A stretch of DNA of 64,000 nucleotides from Albugo candida (Eukaryota), in assembly GCA_040437565.1 (NCBI GenBank), contig JBDOQK010000008.1, forward strand, positions 310,001-374,000, given 5' to 3'. Positions 40,201 through 51,430 of this stretch are shown in pieces. Each line of letters opens with the position of its first letter. Position 1 is the stretch's first letter. Both the position numbers and the translations under genes were made by a program. The notes under the pieces were generated by a model. The model had not been told where the DNA came from and searched no databases. It saw only the letters and a program-made list of their open reading frames with translations.

Positions 40201-43200
40201 TAGCATGGTCCAAGCCACAGGATGGGCAAATAAAAGTACGATAATTTGCACGACAGAAGCTCATGTCGACGGTGCTGTACCTTTCTCTATCTCTTACAAC
40301 GGGCGGGACTGTGAGACACACCCTAGCTCCCTGTCAACTTACACATTTGAGCCCACCCCAAGAATCCAGTCGATTGACCCATCTATTTTTTGTAGAGAAG
40401 GAGGAACTCAGGTCATCATACGAGGTTCTTTTTTTCTTCCTAACAAAAGCATGGCTTATTTTGGCCAATTTTCCTCCTCCGACTGCCAGTATCGGTCAGA
40501 TACTGAATTGCATTGCGTCGCTCCAGCTCAATCCTCACAGCAGGCAGAAAGGTTGGCGAGGGTAAGTAACAATAGACAAGATATGTCAATTGATTCAGTG
40601 GAGTTTGATTATGCACCATTGGAGCAGGTTCGAGCCGTACATCCTCACTATCTTGTCATAGATTCTCACGGCTGCGAAAGATACCAGCAAGATAAATATG
40701 TTTCCGTTGTAACACGCTTTGCCAGAAACACTCAAAATCTCAAATGCATCTTCACATTCAGCCCAGGCAGCCCAGAAAATGAGCATGAAGCATACGTAGA
40801 AGCTGTGTTTGAAAGGTCTGATTTGGTATATTGTTTGCGCCCAACAAATCATTTGGTGATGTCGATCATTCCTAAACCACAGCACATGGAATCAATATAC
40901 AGAGTTCATGTGCACGTGAGCAACGACCCTGGTGTAAAGTCCATCACCTTTGCTTTGATTGAAATCGTACTTGCTCCAGTGGTATACAAAGTAAATCCAC
41001 TCATCACATTCGTGAATCAGATGCAAAAGATCACCATAATGGGCACAAGATTGAACGGCGTTTCTCATTGCCGATTTGGAGACCAAAAAGTCTCGGTTTT
41101 CACCAATAATTCCTTCTTAGTATGTGACTCTCCAAAGTATCAACGAGAAGGAAACTTCTCATTCACATTACTGACAGATGCAAAGACTGCTGTGTACTGC
41201 TCGAGACAGGATTTCCAAGTCGTCAGTGACAATCACGTACCTCAGAAAATCAATGGAAGACGATCCATGTTACCACCGAATATATGGAAAGTCTCAGCAT
41301 CACAACTTCCAAATGCAAGTGAAGTCAATTTAATTATACAAGGACGGAATTTTCGAAATACTTGGGAACTCAAATGTCGCGTGGGGAAAAATCATATTGC
41401 AAAAGCATTTTACAAGACCAGTAACGAGATTATTTGTCCCGTTCCATCGACAAAAAGACNNNNNNNNNNNNNNNNNNNNNNNNNNNNNNNNNNNNNNNNN
41501 NNNNNNNNNNNNNNNNNNNNNNNNNNNNNNNNNNNNNNNNNNNNNNNNNNNNNNNNNNNGAAGCTCATGTCGACGGTGCTGTACCTTTCTCTATCTCTTA
41601 CAACGGGCGGGACTGTGAGACACACCCTAGCTCCCTGTCAACTTACACATTTGAGCCCACCCCAAGAATACAGTCGATTGACCCATCTATTTTTTCTAGA
41701 GAAGGAGGAACTCAGGTCATCATACGAGGTTCTTTTTTTCTTCCTAACAAAAGCATGGCTTATTTTGGCCAATTTTCCTCCTCCGACTGCCAATATCGGT
41801 CAGACACTGAATTGCATTGCGTCGCTCCAGCTCAATCCTCACAGCATGCAGAAAGGTTGGCGAGGGTAAGTAACAATAGACAAGATATGTCAATTGATTC
41901 AGTGGAGTTTGAATATGCACCATTGGAGCAGGTTCGAGCCGTATATCCTCACTATCTTTTCATAGATTCTCACGGCTGCGAAAGATACCAGCAAGAGAAA
42001 TATGTTTCCGTTGTAACACGCTTTGCCAGAAACACTCAAAATCTCAAATGCATCTTGATATTCAGCCCAGGCAACCCGGAAAATGAGCATGGAGTATACG
42101 TAGAAGCTGTGTTTGAAAGGTCTGATTTGGTATATTGTTTGCGCCCAACAAATTATTTGGTGATGTCGATCATTCCTAAAACACAGCACATGGAATCAAT
42201 ACACAGAGTTCATGTTCACGTGAGCAACGACCCTGGTGTAAAGTCCATCACATTTGCTTTGATTGAAATTGTACTTGCTCCAGTGGTATACAAAGTGAAT
42301 CCACTCATCACATTCGTGAATCAGATACAAAAGATCATCATAATGGGCACAAGATTGAACGGCGTTTCTCATTGCCGATTTGGAGACCAAACAGTCTCGG
42401 TTTCCACCAATAATTCCTTCTTATTATGTAACTCTCCAAAGTATCAACGAGAAGGAAACTTCTCATTCGCATTACTGGCAGATGCAAAGACTGCTGTGTA
42501 CTGCTCGAGACAGGATTTCCAAGTCGTCAGTGAAAATCATGTACCTCAGATAATCAATGAAAGACGATCCATTTTACCACCGAATATATGGAAAATCTCA
42601 GCATCACAACTTCCAAATGCAAGTGAAGTCAATTTAATTATACAAGGACGGAATTTTCGAAATACTTGGGAGCTCAAATGTCGCGTGGGGAAGGATTATA
42701 TTGCAAAAGCATTTTACAAGACCAGTAACGAGATTATTTGTCCCGTTCCATCGACAAAAAGACAGCTCGAGATAGAAGTCTCTAACGATGGGGTCACATT
42801 TTCAAGGTTCAGAAACATATTCAAAATACAGCAAGAAGTATACATTAGTAAATTGCACCCTAGCAGAGGTTCCGTTCTCGGAGGAACGGTAGTAACGTTT
42901 CATGGTAGTAATCTTCAAGATGAAGAATCATTATTTTGCCTATTTGGACCCACAGCTACCCCGGTCGTGAAAAATGTTAACAACAGTCAGATTGTGTGCA
43001 TTACACCCCAAAAGACAGGCACTAAGATGATAGTAGCAGCTGGACTTTGTACAGAAAAAAAGGTGCTAATCTCAAATGAGCTCAATTACACTTATACAAA
43101 TGCTCAGCAACTGATATCAGTCACACCGTCATCAGGAACTCAACTGGGTGGGACACCAATCTTGATTGGAGGAAGATACCCAGAGATCACATCCTTCGAG

Positions 43201-46200
43201 GCCATAGTGCTTTGCCGATTCATCTGCATGTCACAATCCGAAACTAGCGAGTCGGATATTTATACCTTCAGCGGCGTATTCAGGAATTCGACACATGTTG
43301 CATGTACGACTCCATCAGTAAAACAATCAGGATCATATCGTATCCAGGTAAGCACCAACGAAGGAGGCGATTTCAGCACTTTTTCATTGTTGTATGACTT
43401 TGATGAAGAAATCTGGATTTCACGGATTGTACCGAATCTCGGTCCAGCGCTGATAGCGGACACAATTATTACTGTTCATGGCTCCGGATTCATCAGGAGT
43501 AAGGACCTGAGTTGCTTCTTTAATGATGTTGGCACATCAGCAATGTGGCAAAGTAATACCACCATCACATGTCGCTCGCCCTCACACGTGCCCAATCAAT
43601 TCGTGCTCCTTCGGATCAGCAGCAATGGCGTGGATCTATCAGATATGTCTGTCAGCTATTTTTACCACCACGATGTCAGCATTACTTCATTTTCGCCTTC
43701 AGTCGTGCCATCAATCGGTGGGACTCCAATCTACATCCAGGGTCGCAATTTTCTCGACCACCACTTGCTTTCTTGTCGATTTGGAGATAATATTGTAAAA
43801 GCAGCTTTTATATCTGAAACAGCCTTGGTTTGTATTACTCCGCCACGAATTCTTACTACTGGCCATCGTTTTAAACAAGAGAAGGTTTCCTTGGAGGTGA
43901 GCCTCAATCGTGTTGATTTTACGAATCTTGGCGTACCGCTGGTATACTCACTCAAGTGCCCCACGAAGTCGTATTGTTCGTCTAATGATTCTACGATACG
44001 GTCTTGTCTGGCAGGACATATGTGTCCAGGAGCCTTCGCCAGTGGCAGCTCCATTCCATGCCTTCCAGGGTCATTCCAGCCTCAAAATTTGCGCTCACAG
44101 TGTGCAACATGCCCCGTTGGCTTCTATTGCCCCTTTTTTGGAATGTCAGTCCCGCTTTTGTGTCCAGAAGGACGAATATGTGACTCTCATGGAATACGTA
44201 TGCCACGAATCTCATGCCCACAAGGTTACTACTGTAAAGGAGGCACAAAATCAGCTGAAACACTTGATGTAGTCTTGTCTGATGCTAGTGACAACGAGGA
44301 GCACATTGGACATGCTGTCCCTCATCTAAGCTGGCACACTGGCATAAGAAGTAGTCAACGCCATTATATCAATACTCTCGTCAATAACAGTCTAGGAAGT
44401 GAATCTCGATCCGATAGGTCCATGACCTTCACTTCCATACGTGCCCTGCAACTTGAAAAACCTTATCCATGTCCCGTCGGGACCTACTGCATGGGTGGCG
44501 TCAAAACTCAGGTTCATATACCCGGAAAGCTCGATACACCACAAATTTGCTTTGATGGTTTCTATTGTCCATCAAGTTCGTCAACACCCGAAGGACAAGG
44601 CGCATGTCCGACGGGTTATTACTGTCCCACACCTACCGATGCTATTGGGTGCCCAGTTGGATTTCACTGCCCTGGTCTTGGGAATGTAAAGCCAAAACCT
44701 TGCATTCCTGGATCGTACAATCCATTTCTGCGACATTCAAGTTGTGCAATCTGCCCTGTCGGATTTACGTGTCCTCACTGGAATATGGAACGTCCGATAC
44801 CATGCCCTGCTGGATTTGTGTGCAATACGGCTGGTCTACCAGTACCCGTCTTGCTTTGCCCCCCTGGATATTATTGTGAGGCTGGTACACAGACATCAGA
44901 TCCTCAAGATAGTTCTCTTTATCGTCCAAAGCCTTGCCCAAAAGGAACCTATTGTCTTGGTGGTGTTGCACATAATCGTACAGTGGAATGGCTTCCGACT
45001 CAACCAGAAGGAGCAAAAGCTCCGCAGATATGTGCAGAGGGTACTTACTGTAAGAAAGCAACAACGAGCATTGCAGGGACCCAAATATGTTTCCCTGGCC
45101 ATTACTGTCCTCCGGGAACGGATTTTCCTGTGCAAGTATCTGTAGGCTCATATGCTGCCTTACCGGGGTCCTTAGCTTCAAGTCTGTGCTTTCCGGGAAC
45201 ATTCACGTCGTTACGTGGAGCGACAAAATGCGAAGTATGTCCAGCTGGGTATACTTGCCCATACTATGGAACTTACATTCCGTCAATCTGTCCCGAGGGA
45301 TACTATCGGTCAGTACTGGATGGTATAACTTGTCGTCCATGTCCGAAAGGTACCTGGTCGTCTCGAACGGGTCTCACAGACATATCATTTTGTGAAATTT
45401 GTCCTGCTGGTATTCAATGCAATAGCATTGCGACATCGAATCTGTCATTCGCTAGCTTTTGTGCACCTGGATACGTATGTGGAGAAGGGACAACCGAAAA
45501 AGACTACATGAGTCATTTGTGCTCTGCTGGTGAATACTGTCACAATGGAACCACATCGGTGACACAACACGATCGTGCATGTGACCCGGGATACGTATGT
45601 ACCCGTGGCACGAAGAATCAAGAGAAGAATCGTAACGAATGCCCTGTTGGATCGTTTTGTCCTAGTGGTACTTCAAACCCGTCAAGTAATTATCTGAGTT
45701 GTCCGAAAGGTACGTGGGCGAATACGGGGGAAAAAGATATTTCGGATTGTGCTATTCGGGCGGTCGACGTATGCGATCGAGATGATGCTAATCGTTATTA
45801 TCAACGATTTAGTTACAATCACAAAGGAAAACGTGTACATTTTGATTCAACTTATGAAAGCTCGAGCACTGGAGAAGTAGAAGCAGTCAAGGTCATCAAT
45901 CCAGTGATAACATCTGAATCTACTCTATTCTGGCGAAATGACACGGTTGAAGTTTTCCGAGTGTGTCCCAGTCAAATGGTAACGAGTGGTGGGTTGACTG
46001 TGACAATCATTGGAAAGCATTTCTATGATACAAAACGTATAACATGTCGCTTCCTGGTGGCACAAGTACTCGACATACCCCAGGATGTGCCTGCATCGTA
46101 CATTGATAGCACTCGAGTACAATGTCGTGCTCCACCCTTGAGCAGCTTTGGAATTGAAGAGGAGGTTAAAGATATACACATTCGTGTGTCCAATTACGGT

Positions 46201-49200
46201 TTGATATTCTCGGAAACATTTTCCACGATCAAGTACGTATCAGACAAACTTTTTGCGTCGAATGATCTCGAAGCCGACCTCGGACCTTGCCTCAGTTCTG
46301 ATCTATATGAAACAAGTGAGAGAATTACAAATGAAAGAAAATGGATCAGTCTTCGGGGTCTATCAAAAGCAACGATATCTTTTGATTTTCGACATATTCC
46401 ACCAGATCTTATCTATGACGAGCACTACAAAGTTGCCGTATATGTGCAGAATTCCACATGTCCATACCAGCCTTGCTCTGGTAGCACCCCGATCCAGCCA
46501 AATGGGGGCGACTTTTACACATCCCCATGTCGTCTCCCATTAAACCTTCCCGAATGGTTCACATCTTCAAACGTGGACAAACACGACACCATGAATTTGA
46601 CTCTATACGCACTCGAAGATGTAATTTTCAATGTTGAAATTCACATTTTAAATGGCCTCTATAGTGCTTCAGCCTCTTTGTTTTCGGAAACAGCGGATAT
46701 ACATATCAGCTCCCCAAGTCGTAGTAATGTGACGCTAGGGAATGCCGACGCTGCAACTCGGGCGCTATCCACATCTATAACACCCACCCAAGAAGAAGTC
46801 AAACAGGATTACACATTCTTAATCGCATACTTCGCAGCAGATGCTGATTATACATTGGCTCCACTTAATCTTCCACCCAAGTATCAGAGTCTCGAACGTG
46901 GGCGTGTCCTGGTAAGTCACAACGTCAGCAATCAAAGCCATCATGTACCGCTGATTCTTGATCCTGACCAAGATCTATTAACTTCAGAAAGCTACTGGCA
47001 GCTACCGTATGCCACAGCCGCGATGACATACGATATGGTTCTAAAATACCGGGAAATATATCAAGAGATGTATGCGGATCCTAGCGACCCAACACGAACG
47101 CAACACAATTTCGCATTTCGTAAAGTACTTCTTCCCTACTTACCATTTTTTTCAAACTGTATGGAGTACGATTCACACATACCTATATTTGATCTACTAG
47201 AAAACGATCGTTGTGCACTTCCTCCAATTACATCTGAGTTGGAAGGATATGGGCGAAACTGGTGGCGACGGAAATTTGCTCCGCTTCCAAATCAGGACAA
47301 CATCGACTTCGTGGGTCCATTAGATTTTATGCGAGAACCTGTTGCGGATACGTGCAATTTGGCTATTCAGTGTCATTATGAGGAAGATCTGGCAAACACT
47401 CCTTCGATATCTCGTTGGTTTGAGCAATCGCAGGACACCAAACTCTTTTACTTTCTTCGAGAAGCTGCCGCATTTGATGATTTTTTACAGAATGGAAAAT
47501 ACTACGATAAACTTTTGGAGAGTCATGGATCTGATTACTTTATTCCGGTCACTGTTGATACGTCTGGGAATACGCTAGAAGGGGACTGCACACATGGCTG
47601 TTTTCCTCGTAAAGTGACACTGAGGATATCCTACTACCAAGTCACGAAATCGTTGAAGCGAATCATCAAAGCATTCTTGGTTTATGAAAATTACGACCGA
47701 GATTTTACAAAAAACGATTACGTTCTACAAGTAGATTACTCCGCACTTGGCTACATGCAATTGATTATCCAGTTTGCGTTCGAACGTCAAGTATTCATCA
47801 CTCTATTTATTTTCAACGGTGGTGTCATCATTTGTCTTTCTTTCATGTTTTGGTTTCTTCATATCATGACAGCACTAATTGAATCGAAAAGTACCCCCAA
47901 ATTTCGATTTTGGAGCATGCTAGCCCTGACAGCTCCTCCAATCGCTGCTGGCAGTGTCATTGCCATACTTCCAATTTCCTTGATTATCGCGGCATTCTAC
48001 TACCTACTGAATGGAATACACGGACGGGATACAGACATTGCAAATCCATGGCTGCTAGATCATATTGTAAAGCACTACATTGATGCACAGACTGACTCGG
48101 GAGAACTACAAGCAACAAGATATGGCCGAAGTGGATTCTGCTTTTTTGTACTCGCCTCATACCTCATTTTCTTGAGCACGACAATCTTTATATCACAGTC
48201 AGTGTCAATCTCTGAAAGTGCTTTGCAAGAAAAACCGGGTGAAGTGCGCAAAACGCAAACAATATGGTGGCCAACACAATGGAAAAGGGCAAATATGATA
48301 TTCACGACCATAATTCTTTGTGTTGGATTAGTTCTTCTGATCGAATTCTCGTTTTGGTCTAAATTCGGGCAATATCTGTGGTTTGTGATTATAGGACTTG
48401 AATTGCTTGCGCCGATCATTGAAGGGTTATTGACCAGACAGCTAAAAGAAGCATTATTGGTTGCTCCTTTAGCATCCTCCTATGCACTTGTATCGGGATT
48501 GATCACCTTTGGTGCGTCGGATTTCAAGGACTTTGTAGTGGGTAACCTGCTGGATTTTGGTGTTTCTTTGATAGAAAGAGTGTATTTGGATACCTCCATC
48601 GAAGGGACGAGAGGATTTGTGGGCCTCATACTAAGGAAAACAATGCATTATGGTACCATTTCAATTCGAAACCTCAGATGCCAAGTCCGAGACTTGACAC
48701 AACGAGTAAACAAGTCAGACCGAACACATGATTCCGACAAAGAGAAAGTATTACCGAAAAGCGCACCTGCCGACGACCACGAGAGTGAAAAAGAACACCA
48801 GACCGTTGAACCCATCATTGAGTTTTATATTGGGCATTCTATGGATAAACTTGCCGTATTTTATCAGCCGGTATTGATAATCCTGATGATTCTGTTTCGG
48901 AATGAATTACAATTACCAATTCTATACAATATCCGCGAGAAAGACATGGAATTCTACCTATGGTACTCCTTGATCATTTTGTTATTCCAGGTCGTTAGCG
49001 ATGCGTTTGTACTACATGTTGTAGAATGCTTCCGAGGATGGAAGCTATACGATTATTTGGTGTATTCGCGTTATCGATTTCTGCACCGGGAACATGCATG
49101 GAAAGGTATGGAACCGTATCTGGACGAATGTATTGAGCCGAATTTGCGAACTTTGGACCAGATGTGCTTCTCATCACAACTATTTCTAATGTGTACTCTC

Positions 49201-50253
49201 CACATGACCGGGATTGTTTTCTTCGTGTTCGCAATAGAGATTATGGTACGCTGGAAGTACAATTTTTTCGGCGATCCAGCTGCGATAATTCTGGCAATCT
49301 TTGTCATAATGGCGTGCAAATTTGTTAAGCATACGACCTTATTCCTATCCGCGCGGATAAACTTTCGAAATTACACAAATGAGAGCAATGCTTGGACTAC
49401 GGACGCTCGAGGTGAGGATGAATTTGGGATTCCAAAATGGGAAGACATCGAAAAGTACAACGAAGCATCACACGAAGCCTACTTGATGAATCAGAGAATC
49501 ACGACAGAGACATTTCGAAATAGGTTTCTGGAACACAATCGTTCGTGGCTCATTGAGCAACTTCCGACAATGTTCACACCACGCACAATTGGTCGAACTC
49601 GGCCGCTTTTGCTGGAACAGTTTTCAAGTATCGTTGAGGCTTTCCAATCAGCTAGTTCTGGTAGCGATGAAGACGAAGATGATGAAATTGACGGAAAACC
49701 GATTTTTGGTCCCATTAGTCTGTCGACTTCATCAAATATTATGATACAATTGTGGCTAGCACAAGCAAGAAGACTACAAAGACTCCAACGAGCAGTACAA
49801 CCGATACTACAACAGGTTCGCAAAACACAATGTGAGATGTGTCTCAGCCATAGACATCTCCAGATACAGATGCTGCATTCCATTAATGATATTGGACAGC
49901 AGTTTGAAAAGGAATCATCCTCTGAAAGCTTTGATGTTGCCGCTTGGAAGGAATACTTTAGAATCAATCAGAGATTCAAAACCATCTGTATCAATTGCAT
50001 CAAGTATCTTCGCGAGCGTGATACAAGTGCCTTCAACTTCATCCCGGATCGACCAGAAAAGGATATACAGGCGACATATCGGCGAATGACTGCACCATCC
50101 AATGCTATGATGCAAAAGTGGTATTCCGAAGCGAAATGTCGCCTACCTCATGGAGGTCAATACTCGCACAATTGGAAAGAGGCTCCCGTCCAATTAGATG
50201 CAGCATCCTTTGCTCTTGCTAGGAGGTGGCTTTATGCCGTCCGTCAACCATGA
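19289..50253 (+). CDS. Giant (~9,300 aa) IPT/TIG-repeat, cadherin-like, GCC2/GCC3 Cys-rich, multi-pass membrane protein
   Basis: Exons 19289-19892, 19951-22383, 22439-22711, 22768-50253, with GT-AG introns of 58, 55 and 56 nt. Each splice restores the next ORF frame. Gap-overlap offsets of 613, 964 and 1304 nt match the frame shifts between ORFs 22818, 31792, 35372 and 41434. Collapsed CDS is 27,915 nt (9,304 aa). Repeated PxxGxxxGGTxVxIxGxxF...CxFG...CxSP units (IPT/TIG), VNDPP cadherin-like motif, CPxGxYC repeats and C-terminal TM helices. The true start may lie upstream. Confidence 0.82.
31384..32509. repeat. Gap-flanking diverged duplication (31384-31896 vs 31997-32509) within the giant gene
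   Basis: 513-nt copies with ~13 substitutions and 6 amino-acid differences counted by eye. Confidence 0.88.
34530..36357. repeat. Gap-flanking diverged duplication (34530-35393 vs 35494-36357) within the giant gene
   Basis: 864-nt copies with ~16 amino-acid differences counted by eye. Confidence 0.88.
40256..42763. repeat. Gap-flanking diverged duplication (40256-41459 vs 41560-42763) within the giant gene
   Basis: 1,204-nt copies with ~29 amino-acid differences counted by eye. Confidence 0.88.
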
Positions 50254-51164
50254 GCACTTGAGCGATCACTAAATCAAAGCAATAGCAATTTGTATCGAGC
50301 CAAGTATTTTACAGTGTATTGGATTTCCCCAAAACTCAACGTTTTTGTACATTTGTGGCAGAACTATTAGGTTGTAATTGATGACCGAGACTACTGAATG
50401 AAAGGCCAGTTCACAGACAACATATAGAGCGCACTCAAGCTTAATTTATTTAGACATGTACGATCAAAACTTGCTTGTCTATATGATAATAATCAGAGGT
50501 GTGCTAGTGGCGAGAGTAGATCCGAGCTGCTGTAATGATCTGGTGTTTTCCTCGCCCAAATCAATTGCGTGCGTCAGCTTGCGAAAGATGATCGAGCCAT
50601 GCGCTCATTTTATAAGCGCCGTGCCTACAGATATGCACAACGACTTGATGTTGATCAAAAAATGACTCACTTGACCTATGCAAGAAATTGTCCCTATGGC
50701 ATTACTGAATTAAGGAGAAATTCATGTCATCGACAACGAGAACACTAGATGTTGAAGCAATAGTTTTGCAACCTCAACACTACAAAACACGTAGTCATTA
50801 CAATACCTGCCGGAGTATGGCAATGAGTTCGCACAAATATGATTGAGCTTTCGACTTGCATTGCAATGCTCTAAGTGCTTTTACGTCATTTTCGAGAGCA
50901 TTCAGCTATTGCATTATCAGATACCTGTTTCGTTGGACGCTTGCCATAGGAAACGTTGCCGAATATGTTCAGCTTCAAGTGTTGGCTAACGAATCACGAT
51001 ACGATAAACCATGGGCCGAATGGCACTTCAGTTTGTGGTCTATTCCCCTTGTTCCGTTCAACTACGATGTCATACAACTCGGTCGAGAAGGTTATATGTA
51101 GCATTCAAAGTACCCAGGGCAAGCGATTGGGGGACGGACGATATAGTGTTGAACATGCAAAATG

Positions 51165-51237
51165 TACGCGATGCGGGACTCGAACCCGCAACCCCCAGAT
51201 TCGAAGTCTGATACGCTATCCATTGCGCCAACCGCGC
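51165..51237 (-). tRNA. tRNA-Arg(TCG)
   Basis: Reverse complement folds as GCGCGGT/ATCGCGT acceptor stem, D arm GCGC-AATGGATA-GCGT, anticodon arm TCAGA-CT-TCG-AA-TCTGG, T arm GCGGG-TTCGAGT-CCCGC; 73 nt. Confidence 0.93.
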
Positions 51238-51357
51238 TTTTACTACANNNNNNNNNNNNNNNNNNNNNNNNNNNNNNNNNNNNNNNNNNNNNNNNNNNNN
51301 NNNNNNNNNNNNNNNNNNNNNNNNNNNNNNNNNNNNNNNNNNNNNNNAGTTATAACG

Positions 51358-51430
51358 GTCAGTGTCGTCTAGTGGTTAGGACGTAAGCTTAACACGCTTA
51401 AGATCGAGGGTTCAATCCCCTCCACTGATA
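51358..51430 (+). tRNA. tRNA-Val(AAC)
   Basis: Acceptor stem GTCAGTG/CACTGAT, D loop AGTGGTTAGG, anticodon arm TAAGC-TT-AAC-AC-GCTTA, T arm GAGGG-TTCAATC-CCCTC; 73 nt. Confidence 0.92.

Noticed and set aside
43950-45760. CRISPR-like or satellite periodicity
   Set aside because: The periodicity is at protein level (CPxGxYC repeats); there are no identical DNA direct repeats with spacers.
22818-50253. Four separate giant genes (3090, 1235, 2165 and 2939 aa)
   Set aside because: Their starts and ends are produced by N gaps and duplicated overlaps; the offsets show one continuous frame.
50956-51386. ORFs CTRCGTRTRNPQIRSLIRYPLRQ and their mirror at 55979-56375
   Set aside because: They are translations of the antisense tRNA-Arg gene and run into an N gap.
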